A DNA stretch of 64,000 nt from Leptolyngbyaceae cyanobacterium. GTDB lineage: Bacteria; Cyanobacteriota; Cyanobacteriia; Phormidesmidales; Phormidesmidaceae. Positions 1 to 10,013 of this stretch are shown here, in pieces; within the stretch, counting starts at the first letter, position 1; each line of letters opens with the position of its first letter. The translations under genes and the position numbers were made by a program. The stretch spans positions 2,656,001 through 2,720,000 of the forward strand of contig CBDHHL010000032.1 in assembly GCA_965263355.1 (NCBI GenBank). The letters are read 5' to 3'. The notes below the pieces were generated by a model. The model searched no databases. It had not been told where the DNA came from and worked only from the letters and a program-made list of their open reading frames with translations.

Positions 1-1686
1 TTGATGACGCCAATGATGGCAGCCTATCTGCTGACACCAAAGCCAGTGCAAGAGAAATCCATCGGTCAATCCGATGGTTACCGAGCTGGCGATATCTATG
101 TACCCAAAGGACTAATTCCCTATTTCCGTTTGGTACGCGGGGCGCTACGCCACCGCATTTTAACCATCGGGCTGGCAGTGGGCTTTTTTATCGCCAGTCT
201 GATGTTGTCGCGGTTTATTCCCACAAGTTTATTTGCTGCAGGCGATACGGGCCTCTCTAACTTGAGTATTGAACTGCCCCCTGGCAGTACGCTGGCCAAA
301 ACAGAACTGGTGACCCAGTATGTGAGCGATCAGCTAAATGCTAATCCAGCCGTAGACAGCGTCTACATTTCCCAGGATCCTGCAGAAGCATCTGCCGTAG
401 CTCGGCTAACGCCCAAAAATGAACGCATATCGCGGGGGCAGTTTGAAAATGAAATGCGTCAGGTTTTGAGGCAGGTACCCGGTGCCCGGATTAGTTTTGA
501 GAATCAGGGGGGAGCTGGGGGTGGCGGTAAAGCCCTGGAGGTGACCCTGCGCAGTGATAATCCTGTTGCCCTTAAGGCCGCCTCAGACACCCTCACCCAG
601 GAAATTCGACAGATTCCTGGCCTGGTGGAAGTTAGCTCTAGCGCCAATCTGGTACAGCCCGAGATTTTGATTCGTCCCGACGTGGAGCGGGCGGCAGATT
701 TGGGGGTAACGGTGAGAGACATTGCCAATACGGCCTCCCTGGCCACCCTGGGTGATGCTGAGTCTGATCTGGCTGAATTTGATGTCGGCGATCGCCAAAT
801 CCCGATTCGAGTGCGGCTGGCCTCTGAGTTTCGCAATGACCTGTCCACCCTAGAAAACTTAAAGGTGCTCAATAATCAAGGGCAGCTAGTCCCCTTGATT
901 GCCGTGGCCGATGTCGACTTTGGTAGTGGTCCCGCCCAGATTGACCGGCTTGATCGGTCGCGACAGGTCACCATTGGTGCCAACTTAGATGGCATTACCT
1001 TAGGGCAAGGGCTGCAGCAAGTGTATGAGCTGCCCGCATTTGTCAATTTGCCCGATGGGGTTTCCCAACAACCCTCCGGCGACGCCGAAATTATGCAAGA
1101 AGTCTTTAGCCGGTTTGGCATTGCCCTGGCTACAGCAGTGGTGATGATCTATGCCGTGCTGGTGCTGCTGTACAACAGCTTTATCTATCCCCTTGCGGTC
1201 ATGGCAGCGTTGCCCCTCTGTATTGGTGGCGCGCTATTGGGGTTGATGATTGCCCAGAAGCCGTTAGGACTGTTTGCCCTAATTGGCATTGTGTTGTTGC
1301 TGGGGCTGGTGACCAAAAACTCGATTTTGCTGGTGGACTATGCCCTGATGGCAAGAGAAAAGGGGATATCACTGCGGCAGTCAGTGATAGAGGCCGGTCT
1401 GACCCGATTACGCCCGATTTTGATGACGTCCATTTCGACTATGGCGGGGATGGTCCCCATTGCCATGGAGTGGGGGGCTGGTGGTGAAACCCGCAGTCCT
1501 ATGGCCATTGCGGTCATTGGTGGATTCTCCACAGCGACATTGTTGACTTTAGTCGTAATCCCAGTGTGTTTTACTTTTATTGCTCAGTTTAACGATTGGC
1601 TGGGTTCGTTGTTAACCCGTTTGACCGGGCTAGGGGGCAATCCAGAGACAAAACAACCGGAGCCGATGGCAACGGGGATTAAATAA
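1..1686 (+). CDS. RND efflux transporter permease (AcrB/AcrD/AcrF family), 5'-truncated by window edge
   Basis: C-terminal half of an RND permease: GLVTKNSILLVD and RLRPILMTS motifs, multiple TM helices. Confidence 0.93.
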   Translation: MMTPMMAAYLLTPKPVQEKSIGQSDGYRAGDIYVPKGLIPYFRLVRGALRHRILTIGLAVGFFIASLMLSRFIPTSLFAAGDTGLSNLSIELPPGSTLAKTELVTQYVSDQLNANPAVDSVYISQDPAEASAVARLTPKNERISRGQFENEMRQVLRQVPGARISFENQGGAGGGGKALEVTLRSDNPVALKAASDTLTQEIRQIPGLVEVSSSANLVQPEILIRPDVERAADLGVTVRDIANTASLATLGDAESDLAEFDVGDRQIPIRVRLASEFRNDLSTLENLKVLNNQGQLVPLIAVADVDFGSGPAQIDRLDRSRQVTIGANLDGITLGQGLQQVYELPAFVNLPDGVSQQPSGDAEIMQEVFSRFGIALATAVVMIYAVLVLLYNSFIYPLAVMAALPLCIGGALLGLMIAQKPLGLFALIGIVLLLGLVTKNSILLVDYALMAREKGISLRQSVIEAGLTRLRPILMTSISTMAGMVPIAMEWGAGGETRSPMAIAVIGGFSTATLLTLVVIPVCFTFIAQFNDWLGSLLTRLTGLGGNPETKQPEPMATGIK

Positions 1687-1812
1687 TGCGTTTGCTTAAA
1701 CTGTCGGTGCGTTAATGTCGGTGTGGCCGAAATATCGATTTCTCGATGTGTATCAATTATGTACAGTTTCTTAGTTGATACAGAGTGCTCGTTTAGGAAC
1801 GAGTCTAAAACC

Positions 1813-2187
1813 ATGGCTAACAACAGCGACTATCGGCAGTTTTTACCAGATGATGAGTTTGCTCGCGATCGCATCATCGTAGATGTGCCCATTTCACCAT
1901 TGTCCTTTGAGATCGAGCAAATTCCCAATGGCTATGATCCTATGGGGAGAGTTTATTTGGGAGGCCGAGTCAACAGACGATTAGCCAGTGGCAAAATCCC
2001 ATGGTGGGTATTGATGACTAGCTGGTTTTTTGCAGGAATAACAATTTTTGCCGGGGTGATACCGTTGTTTCCCCTTACTGTCATAGAGCTGTTGATAGTT
2101 GTTATCCTATTGCCATTTCCTCTGATGATTTTGTGGCGAGGAACAAAGGCTAAACTCTCTACAAGAAAAAACAGGTCTAGGGATTAA
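1813..2187 (+). CDS. Hypothetical membrane protein (2 TM)
   Basis: ORF 1723..2187; ATG at 1813 preferred; two hydrophobic segments and a basic tail. Confidence 0.65.
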   Translation: MANNSDYRQFLPDDEFARDRIIVDVPISPLSFEIEQIPNGYDPMGRVYLGGRVNRRLASGKIPWWVLMTSWFFAGITIFAGVIPLFPLTVIELLIVVILLPFPLMILWRGTKAKLSTRKNRSRD

Positions 2188-2247
2188 GCCGGGTGAAAAT
2201 CCCCCTGTAAAAAGTGGTATTTTCGGGTGTGGAATTAGAATTTGATA

Positions 2248-2682
2248 TTAAGCCGAATTGTTAACGCCAAAGGCTTCTTGGATGGGTTGTTGCAAAAAGT
2301 AGTAGATATAGAAGCCACTAAAGGCAACAGAGGCGACGCTGATGGGGTTGATCATGATTAGTCCGCCCAGGTTGCCAAAAATCCCTAAGGCTTGAAGACC
2401 TAGATTTAGATACCAGGCCCAGGATTGTAGTGCCCATAGTCCGATGGCGATGGCGGCATTGGCCAAGGCTATGACCAGAAAGATGCCACCCAGTACCTTG
2501 GGAAAGGTTTCAGGCACACTTGGAGGCAGCTGATCCAGGAAATCTGACATCTCTGGCTCCAATCGCATCTGTTCCAGAATGACCTTGCTCAAAAAAAAGG
2601 CGGTAATGCCCATAAGAATAAACAGTAGGGCCTGGAGTCCGTCAAGGATTGCCAAAATTGTCACACCGATGGGTCGCTTCAT
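2248..2682 (-). CDS. Hypothetical 4-TM membrane protein
   Basis: KRPIGVTILAIL start, four hydrophobic segments. Confidence 0.75.
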   Translation of the reverse strand: MKRPIGVTILAILDGLQALLFILMGITAFFLSKVILEQMRLEPEMSDFLDQLPPSVPETFPKVLGGIFLVIALANAAIAIGLWALQSWAWYLNLGLQALGIFGNLGGLIMINPISVASVAFSGFYIYYFLQQPIQEAFGVNNSA

Positions 2683-2785
2683 CGCTTTGCAGCTGAATCT
2701 ATAGTTTTACGGTATAGCAATTTTGGGCCATGGGGTTAAATACAACTCGCTATAATCATGGCTGCTTGTTTCCTGAGAAAACCCT

Positions 2786-5047
2786 ATGCAGTTTGCTCCC
2801 GTTATTGCCAAGGACCTGTCCGTTCGACCTGCTCAAGTGGAGGCGGCGTTAGAACTTTTAGAGACGGGGGCAACGGTACCGTTTATTGCCCGATATCGTA
2901 AGGAAAAGACGGGGGAGCTGGATGAACGGCAACTGCGGCAGATTGAGGAGCAGTTTGCCTATCTGACAGAGCTGACGAATCGCAAACAGACGGTACTGGA
3001 GTCGATTGAAGGTCAGGGAAAGCTGACAGATGAGCTACGCGATCGCATCCAAAACTGCACCAGCAAGACCGAACTAGAGGACCTGTACCTGCCCTACCGA
3101 CCCAAACGCCGCACCCGCGCTACGGTAGCCCGTGAAAAGGGCCTGGAACCACTGGCTCAGCAGATTGCTCAGCTAAATCAATCTGGGGAAGCCGTGAAAT
3201 CCTTGGAGGAACTAGCGGCGCAGTTTATCTCTGATGAGGTACCTGATGCAGCGGCAGCTTTGCAGGGGGCGTCAGACATTTTGGCAGAGGGGATTGCCGA
3301 ACGCTCAGAGTTAAGGGCCTATGTGCGGCAGACCCTGGAAAAAACGGGGGTGTTCAGTTCAAAGATTAAGCCAGATTATCCCGAGGGGAGTACCAAGTAT
3401 GAAATGTATCGCAAGTATGAGTGTGCGATCGCAAAGCTCGCCCCACACAATTTGCTGGCCCTACTGCGGGGCGACAAAGAAGGTATCCTCAAAACCAGTC
3501 TCACGGGCGACGAAGATAAAATTTTAGAACATTTGGAGTATAGCCAGATCCGCACTAAGCAGGCCAATGTGCGACAGTTTTACCAAACCCTGATCAAGGA
3601 TGCATTCTCTCGGCTAATGAAAAATTCCCTCACCAATGAGGTGATTTCAGAGAAAAAAGCCTGGGCGGATGGTGAATCGATTGATACCTTTGCGGTGAAT
3701 ATTAAAAATCTGTTGTTGGCAGCTCCGGCGGGGATGAAGCCAACACTGGGAGTGGACCCTGGCTTTCGCACAGGCTGTAAGGTGGCGGCCATTGATGGAA
3801 CCGGCAAGTTTTTAGAATATAAGGCAATTTTTCCCCATACGGGTAAACAGGAGAGTGCAGCAAAGAGTCTTCTGGAGTTAATTAAAAAACACAATATTCA
3901 GCTAATTGCCATTGGCAATGGCACCGCTAGCCGCGAGACAGATGCGTTTGTCGCAGAGGTGATTAGAGAGCTAACCCCTAAACCCATTAAGGTGATGGTA
4001 AATGAGTCGGGGGCATCGATTTACTCGGCAAGTGAGGTTGCGATCGCTGAATTTCCTGACCTGGATGTAACGGTGCGGGGAGCCATTAGTATTGCCCGCA
4101 GGCTACAGGATCCCCTGGCGGAGTTGGTGAAGATTGAACCCAAGTCCATCGGTGTAGGACAATATCAGCATGATGTAGACCAAAAGTCCCTAAAGCAAAA
4201 GCTGGATGCGACGGTAGAAAGCTGTGTGAACTATGTGGGGGTGGATTTGAATATTGCCTCCCGTGAGTTGTTGACCTATGTATCGGGAATTAGTTCGTCT
4301 ATTGCGAATAATATTGTTGCCTATCGCAATGAGAATGGTGCCTTTGACAACCGGCGACAGTTATTAAAAGTAGCAAAGCTGGGGCCAAAGGCATACGAAC
4401 AGTGTGCGGGCTTTTTACGCATTCGTGATGGGAAAAACCCGTTGGACAATACGGCGGTGCACCCGGAGAGCTATGACATTGCTACAACAATTTTGAAAGA
4501 CAAAGGTGTGGATGTAAAAGCAGGGTTGAGTGAGCTAAATTTGGCGAGTTTGGACCTGCAGCGGTATGTAACAGATGCGGTAGGTTTGCCCACTTTGCGA
4601 GACATTATTGAAGAGTTAGAGAAGCCGGGACGGGACCCACGGGCGGAGTTTACCTATGCCAATTTCCAGGAAGGAGTGAATGAGATTTCCGATCTAACTG
4701 AAGGGATGGTATTGGAAGGGGTGATTACGAATGTGGCGAATTTTGGGGCGTTTGTGGATATTGGGGTGCATCAGGATGGGTTGGTGCATATTTCGCAGCT
4801 GGCGAATCGGTTTGTGACGGACCCGAAGGAGATTGTGCAGGTGGGGCAGGTGGTGAAGGTAAAAGTAATGGAGATAAATAAAGACCTAAAGCGGATTGGG
4901 TTGAGTATAAAGGCGGTGGATGGCGAGGGCGGTGGACGGTCTGCGCCGAGGCCAAGTAAGAAGCAAGCGGTGGAAAAGGCGGCACCGAAGTCAGCGAGTT
5001 TGTCGGATTTGCAAGCGAAGTTTAGTCGACCCAAGCGGCGGCGGTAA
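2786..5047 (+). CDS. tex: Tex family RNA-binding transcriptional accessory protein
   Basis: GATVPFIARYRKE, DPGFRTGCK (YqgF-like), HhH region, C-terminal S1 domain (NFGAFVDIGVHQDGLVHIS). Confidence 0.96.
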   Translation: MQFAPVIAKDLSVRPAQVEAALELLETGATVPFIARYRKEKTGELDERQLRQIEEQFAYLTELTNRKQTVLESIEGQGKLTDELRDRIQNCTSKTELEDLYLPYRPKRRTRATVAREKGLEPLAQQIAQLNQSGEAVKSLEELAAQFISDEVPDAAAALQGASDILAEGIAERSELRAYVRQTLEKTGVFSSKIKPDYPEGSTKYEMYRKYECAIAKLAPHNLLALLRGDKEGILKTSLTGDEDKILEHLEYSQIRTKQANVRQFYQTLIKDAFSRLMKNSLTNEVISEKKAWADGESIDTFAVNIKNLLLAAPAGMKPTLGVDPGFRTGCKVAAIDGTGKFLEYKAIFPHTGKQESAAKSLLELIKKHNIQLIAIGNGTASRETDAFVAEVIRELTPKPIKVMVNESGASIYSASEVAIAEFPDLDVTVRGAISIARRLQDPLAELVKIEPKSIGVGQYQHDVDQKSLKQKLDATVESCVNYVGVDLNIASRELLTYVSGISSSIANNIVAYRNENGAFDNRRQLLKVAKLGPKAYEQCAGFLRIRDGKNPLDNTAVHPESYDIATTILKDKGVDVKAGLSELNLASLDLQRYVTDAVGLPTLRDIIEELEKPGRDPRAEFTYANFQEGVNEISDLTEGMVLEGVITNVANFGAFVDIGVHQDGLVHISQLANRFVTDPKEIVQVGQVVKVKVMEINKDLKRIGLSIKAVDGEGGGRSAPRPSKKQAVEKAAPKSASLSDLQAKFSRPKRRR

Positions 5048-5052
5048 CCTAA

Positions 5053-5273
5053 CTCATATCTTGCACCTGGCGAGGAAGCACTAACCCGCCCCGCACTCAA
5101 AGTGACAGGGCTCATAGATTCAAAACCCACTAAAGAGGTTAAAGACCACTGAAAGCGCTATACCTAGAGCCTCACAGCCAATTTGTCCCTTTAGTGGACA
5201 GTCCTCAATTAGCGTTGGGTTTTGAACCCGACGTGGGTTTGAGCCTCACAACCGATTTAGTGCAAGATCTAAC
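5053..5273. mobile_element. MITE-like element, ~221 bp
   Basis: Imperfect terminal IRs CTCATATCTTGCAC ... GTGCAAGATCTAAC; CTAA on both flanks (5049-5052, 5274-5277); internal IR CCACTAAAG/CTTTAGTGG. Confidence 0.6.
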
Positions 5274-5365
5274 CTAAACCCTGAATATTCGATGCTAGCC
5301 TAGCCATAGACGCTAACTAAATATTTCTTCTTTACCCAATTAAAAACCCTTAAGGGATTCGGAGT

Positions 5366-5953
5366 ATGGTAGTTACCCTCTACAAATGGACACTGGATCG
5401 ATACCACGCAGCAATTGCATCAGGACTTTTCGATGATCAGTCCGTTGAACTATTAGGTGGAGACATCGTAGTTATGGCCCCCGAACGAGAACCCCATGCT
5501 TGCTATAGCAGTGACGGAGCCGAGTATCTACGCCAGTTATTAGGAAACCGAGCCGCCATCAGAGAAACTAAACCTGTCACCCTGCCCGATAACTCTGAAC
5601 CCATTCCTGATATAGCCATTGTTAAACCTCCACTACGTCGCTATCTAGAGCATCATCCTTATCCAGACGATATTTGTTGGTTATCCGATGCTACTGCTAT
5701 ATTTACGATCTCTCCAAAACTTGAAGGTGGAACTCTATCGACTTTAACATTTGCAAAAAAATACAAAAAGCCTTGGATTCACCTAGTGAGTTTATATGAC
5801 GGTTCTCATGTTATTACACAGTTGATAGAATTCCTGCAAAAACACAATATACATATACTGAACATCGCAGGACCACGTGAATCTGAAGAAGAAGAAATTG
5901 GAGATTTTGTGTCTAGTACTCTGGGAAAAGTCTATCGAAAGCTTACGCCATAA
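5366..5953 (+). CDS. Chimeric ORF: Uma2 endonuclease N-terminal part fused to C-terminal part of a cpYpsA/MoCo-carrier-like SLOG protein
   Basis: N-term VELLGGDIVVMAPE...SEPIPDIAIV...HHPYPDDICW is Uma2-like; C-term SDATAIF..GGT..T..FAKKYKKP..LNIAGPRES is SLOG-like. Confidence 0.65.
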   Translation: MVVTLYKWTLDRYHAAIASGLFDDQSVELLGGDIVVMAPEREPHACYSSDGAEYLRQLLGNRAAIRETKPVTLPDNSEPIPDIAIVKPPLRRYLEHHPYPDDICWLSDATAIFTISPKLEGGTLSTLTFAKKYKKPWIHLVSLYDGSHVITQLIEFLQKHNIHILNIAGPRESEEEEIGDFVSSTLGKVYRKLTP

Positions 5954-5999
5954 TAACCACAATAGGTATACACCATTATTAAATCATTCCGACCTGACG

Positions 6000-6494
6000 A
6001 TGCCTCTGCAACACCTCCAAACAGACCTATTAGCCCTGTCAAACGAAGACAAAGCAAAAGCTATGCAGCTTTTAGCAGCTAGTCTGGATGGTACCTGGGT
6101 TGGTATTGAAAAATCACCAGAAACAACCAATGCAGATGCCTTTATCCGCCAAACAGGTATAGCCGTCTGGTTTCTCGTTCATCGCCATAACCATGGCATC
6201 TCAGACGCAGAACTCTTAGCCGAGTACCCACAGCTTACCGCCACAGACCTCGCCAACGCATGGCTCTACGCCCAGATTCATGCAGAAGAAGTACAATCTG
6301 CTATTCAACGACACCTGGCAAATCAACACCCTGACCCTGATGACGATCCTAAAGAAGAAGTCTTAGCCAACCTCAAACAAGCCTGGCAAGAGGCAAGATC
6401 AGGCAATACAATTCCATTATCCCAAATGTGGGATGGCATCGATGATACTGAGGCATTGGGTCTTGCAGACTGTCAATCAGGACAAGAACAATAA
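6000..6494 (+). CDS. DUF433-like antitoxin protein with appended acidic tail
   Basis: GIEKSP..A.IRQTGIAVW.LV...GISDAELLAEYPQLTATDLANAWLYA; ATG at 6000 in frame with ORF 5877..6494. Confidence 0.7.
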   Translation: MPLQHLQTDLLALSNEDKAKAMQLLAASLDGTWVGIEKSPETTNADAFIRQTGIAVWFLVHRHNHGISDAELLAEYPQLTATDLANAWLYAQIHAEEVQSAIQRHLANQHPDPDDDPKEEVLANLKQAWQEARSGNTIPLSQMWDGIDDTEALGLADCQSGQEQ

Positions 6495-6495
6495 T

Positions 6496-6855
6496 ATGGA
6501 TTCAAGCCAAACTACCATAGTCCCAAACCTCACCTCTAGAACTCAGAGTCGTCTAGCGATGTCCAGCAATGATATATCTACATTCTGTCAACGTTGGGGT
6601 ATTAGTGCCATGGCCCTCTTCGGTTCTATCCTCCGCGATGACTTCACCGAAGAAAGCGATATTGATATCCTGTTAACCTTTAAGCCTAATGTCCGTCAAG
6701 GACTACTTACCCTAGCCAAAATCAAACATGAGCTAGAAAAACAACTCCATCGCCCAGTTGACATTACCATCAAAGAATCCATCGAAACAAGCGAAAACTG
6801 GATTCGCCGACGAGAAATCTTAACAACAGCTCAAACGATTTATGAACAGAGATAA
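6496..6855 (+). CDS. Minimal nucleotidyltransferase (MntA-type antitoxin)
   Basis: LFGSILRDDFTEESDIDIL motif (GS-x-DxD). Confidence 0.88.
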   Translation: MDSSQTTIVPNLTSRTQSRLAMSSNDISTFCQRWGISAMALFGSILRDDFTEESDIDILLTFKPNVRQGLLTLAKIKHELEKQLHRPVDITIKESIETSENWIRRREILTTAQTIYEQR

Positions 6856-6922
6856 CGCCTCTCTCATAGATATTGTTAACGCCGCTCGGCGAGTCTTGGC
6901 ATTTGAGCTAGAGCCGTTCTAG
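6842..6922 (+). pseudogene. Truncated HepT/DUF86 toxin N-terminus
   Basis: Overlaps the MntA stop as usual for this pair; translates MNRDNASLIDIVNAARRVLAFELEPF then stops. Confidence 0.6.
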
Positions 6923-7251
6923 ATACTATTGCTTTTACACCTTTCGAACAATGCCAACCCCTAAGCCGAAGTTTTAGTAATATTCCTGCTCGTCCTGGCA
7001 TATATGCAATTAGACACAAAACCGAAAGCTTGCTCTACATAGGTAAAACCAAGAGCTTGCGAGGACGCTTCAGCGGTGGTCACAAAGCTTTTTTATGGGC
7101 ATGGCTCGACAAGTATGACGATGATGACATCCGCATAGCAATGCAGCCCATTCCTCACTGGAGAAACCCTGCGTTATTATTGGAGCTAGAAGCCATCATA
7201 TTACGAGCTACTGAGCCCCCTTATAACGTCCAAATCCCACCCGAAAGGTGA
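6907..7251 (+). pseudogene. GIY-YIG nuclease-like protein lacking its native start
   Basis: Frame of ORF 7030 stays open back to 6907, giving PGIYAI...LLYIGKTKSLRGRF; TGA at 6904-6906 with no ATG ahead of the GIY motif. Confidence 0.7.
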
Positions 7252-7463
7252 TCGCTATGCAAACTAAACCTCAAGAGCAACTTTCGTCTACCGATGCAGC
7301 CGCCATTTTAGAATGTTTGCCCGTACGTATTCAGGATGCTCTAGTTGCGCGTGCTACTGACATTGAATATCCAGTCGAAGCAGTTATTGAAATGGCAATT
7401 GCTAGCTTTCTAGATACTGAGGCATTGGGGTTTGCAGACTGTAAACCTGGACGAGGGCAATAG
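7248..7463 (+). CDS. Small hypothetical protein (putative antitoxin-like)
   Basis: 71 aa ORF coupled to the upstream stop (GTGA overlap); YPVEAVIEMAIASFLD. Confidence 0.65.
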   Translation: MIAMQTKPQEQLSSTDAAAILECLPVRIQDALVARATDIEYPVEAVIEMAIASFLDTEALGFADCKPGRGQ

Positions 7464-7528
7464 AGATCATTATCTAAAGCCTCAGTAAATCCCGACAATT
7501 CGATTCTTGCAAGGCTAGATAATATCCT

Positions 7529-8095
7529 ATGGTTCAGCTCAAACCAAGATTTCAAACATTTGAAGACTACCTCGCCTACGATAACGGCAGCGATACGCTG
7601 TATGAGCTATTTAATGGAGAATTAATTGAACTACCAACAGAATCAGGGTTCAACGTTGAAATCGCCACACTTTTACTCACCCTGTTTATCGCTAAGGTCG
7701 GCTATCAAAGCGTTCGGGGCCATGGTCTAGAGCTAGAAGTGCACGGAGAGCCCAGAAACCGATACCCCGACTTAACTGTCATTCGCGAAGAACACATCGA
7801 CCAGCTAAAGCAACGAAATACCATTCGACTATCCATGGCCCCTCCACTATTAGTCGTTGAGGTCGTTAGCCCTGGAGCACTGCAGCGCGATCGCGACTAT
7901 ATTGCCAAGCGCCACCAGTATGAAGCAATTGATATCCCTGAATACTGGATTGTAAACCCCCAGGAGAAAACAATCCTGGTATTGGAACTGATGGACGGTT
8001 CCTACATTGAGAAAAGCCTGTTTAGTGGAAGCGATGTTATCTCATCATCTAATTTCGGTGACCTGTCGTTAACAGTTAAGGAAGTGTTGCCTTAA
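7529..8095 (+). CDS. Uma2 family endonuclease
   Basis: [21 protein letters not shown]...RDYIAKR..Y...IPEYWIV. Confidence 0.93.
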   Translation: MVQLKPRFQTFEDYLAYDNGSDTLYELFNGELIELPTESGFNVEIATLLLTLFIAKVGYQSVRGHGLELEVHGEPRNRYPDLTVIREEHIDQLKQRNTIRLSMAPPLLVVEVVSPGALQRDRDYIAKRHQYEAIDIPEYWIVNPQEKTILVLELMDGSYIEKSLFSGSDVISSSNFGDLSLTVKEVLP

Positions 8096-8098
8096 ATT

Positions 8099-8240
8099 AT
8101 GGACGCTGTTAAACCTTTCCTAACCTATAACCTTAACCTTAAAACTCAAAGACGCTTGGGCATGTCCTACAATAATGCGTCTGATTTCTGTCAACGCTGG
8201 GGTATCTGTAACATGGCCCTTTTCGGCTCTATCCTCCGTT
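8099..8240 (+). pseudogene. Second MntA-type nucleotidyltransferase, N-terminal fragment only
   Basis: FCQRWGICNMALFGSILR closely matches FCQRWGISAMALFGSILR of 6496..6855, then breaks. Confidence 0.75.
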
Positions 8241-8500
8241 TTGATACAAGCTCAGCGTCAAGTGACCCTCGGGGCCTTAGCCAGTTTATTTCCTCAACCG
8301 ATCAAATATGCGAGTCGTAAACGGAATCTGCAACGGTTTTTAGTTCTCCCGCGTCTGAGCCTAAAATTGTTGTGGTTTCCGTTGGTCAAATATTGGATTC
8401 GCCAGGCTCAAACGGGTCATCGTCTCAATCGAGAGCAGCATCGTCGGTTAAAAAAACTCATCAAAGTATGGGTATTGGCTGATAGCCATAGACCGAATCC
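8240..8500 (+). mobile_element. IS4-family transposase fragment
   Basis: QAQRQVTL..LASLFPQPIKYASRKRNLQRFL.LP.LSLKLLWFPLVKYW resembles the N-terminal part of cyanobacterial IS4 transposases; no start and no DDE region. Confidence 0.7.
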
Positions 8501-8605
8501 AAAAGACTTCCATTTTGAGCCATCGACCGAGAGCCATCACTGGGGTTCGGAGTCTGCAACTGTTATCACTCAAGATTCTCTTTTTGGTTATCTGACCACA
8601 AAACA

Positions 8606-9541
8606 CTAATCAACACCTTCAAAGCGCCAGGGAACCGGATCAACCGCTACCCCATGCACATAAAGACCCCAGTGCAGGTGCGGGCCAGTTGATGCCCCGG
8701 TTGACCCGACTCCGCCAATCACCTGTCCGGCCTTAACAAAGTCTCCTTCGGCAACGTCTATGCGGCTCAGGTGAATCATAATGCTCAATACGCCCTGACC
8801 GTGGTCAACACCGATGGTGTTGCCGTGGAGTTCGAAGCCGTCAGCCACTCGCCCTACCAGTCGGATGTACCCCGCCGCTGGAGAAACAACCGGTGACCCG
8901 GTGGCGGCAGCGTAGTCCACACCTCGGTGGTAATAGTTTTCGGCGAACTCGCCATTGTAATATCGCCGGACGCCAAATACAGTACTGACGTAGCCCTGGC
9001 TAGGACGGATCAGAGCCCCTTGCCAGTGACGTTCTGGTGTGACGAGGCGCTTGAACTCGGCGACGCGGTCAAATTCGTGATCGGTCCCCAGGTCGGTGCT
9101 ACCCGCAGGGAGCCAAATGCTCTGGGTGGCAAAGGAGCGGTTTGCCAGATTTACCGTTAGGCGACGTGACGAGCCTGCGGCAGAGACATCTAACGTCAGA
9201 CGTCCGGGAGTATCCAGCGGACTGGTGGGAATCAACGCTCGGTAACGATTACCGGATATCTGAAAACTGGGATAGTTGGTGCCGTTGACCGAAACCACCG
9301 GGGCCGTGCTAGCCGCTGAAGCACCAGAGATGACAACCGAAATGGTATCGCCCAGCTTTGGGTTCGTTGGCGAAAGGGTGACATCATAAGCCTGGGCGGC
9401 AGGACTCCAAAGGCTACCGCTGGCAACTGTGCCGACCATTGCTCCCGCCATCGTCAGAAAAGCGCGGCGGCGCAGGCGGGGGGGAATGACAGGACTAATT
9501 TTGGGCTGCTTCATAGCTATTGTGTGTGGGATGGGTAACAA
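8606..9541 (-). CDS. M23 family metallopeptidase with Tat-like signal
   Basis: HRGVD, HLSRI, STGPHLH motifs; RRRAFL leader. Confidence 0.93.
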   Translation of the reverse strand: MLPIPHTIAMKQPKISPVIPPRLRRRAFLTMAGAMVGTVASGSLWSPAAQAYDVTLSPTNPKLGDTISVVISGASAASTAPVVSVNGTNYPSFQISGNRYRALIPTSPLDTPGRLTLDVSAAGSSRRLTVNLANRSFATQSIWLPAGSTDLGTDHEFDRVAEFKRLVTPERHWQGALIRPSQGYVSTVFGVRRYYNGEFAENYYHRGVDYAAATGSPVVSPAAGYIRLVGRVADGFELHGNTIGVDHGQGVLSIMIHLSRIDVAEGDFVKAGQVIGGVGSTGASTGPHLHWGLYVHGVAVDPVPWRFEGVD

Positions 9542-9600
9542 TATCGCATAAATGAGTGGCAGATTGGACCTTATAAGGTGCCAGTTTTTACTGTGATAAA

Positions 9601-9685
9601 TCCCCTCCCAGGAGGGGCAGGGGGGTTGACCGTTGGCGCAATTTGCCGAAACCGATCCTGCCTATGGCACCACTCATAGGAAGCA
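9601..9685. repeat. REP-like repeat family R2, degenerate copy
   Basis: CCCCTCCCAGGAGGGGCAG...GCGCAA...GCCTATGGCAC; homologous to 30920-31062 and 38470-38612. Confidence 0.7.
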
Positions 9686-9774
9686 GGGTTGGTTCGTATT
9701 CATCAGAGAAGAGCTGTAAGGCTTATTACTTCGTTCATACTTAATCGAGATATGATCGGAAGGAACCAAAACCG

Positions 9775-9940
9775 GTTGCTTGGGGTCCCTCCGAGTTCCC
9801 TTTCCGGAAGTATTCGTGTTATCCCAATTAGGCAAACTGGGGTTTCCCCATGGCTAGAACCGAAAGGCCGCCCTAGGACCCACCCTACTGAGTTGTCCTT
9901 AATTGCATAAATAGGGGTTACGGCGGGGTCGATTAATCAG
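9775..9940 (+). repeat. Dispersed repeat family R1, copy A
   Basis: GTTGCTTGGGGTCCCTCCG...TTAGGCAAACTGGGGTTTCCCC...GGTCGATTA; also at 20593-20753 (rc), 43992-44125 and 47033-47093. Confidence 0.85.
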
Positions 9941-10013
9941 GTTATCGCATTGTTGTTTGGCTCACCTTCAAGTAGAGCATACCTTTCAGGCAAATGATTG
10001 CATCTTCGATGCC

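Noticed and set aside
9689..9910. 73-aa ORF
   Set aside because: Overlaps repeat R1; TTG start and no protein-like features
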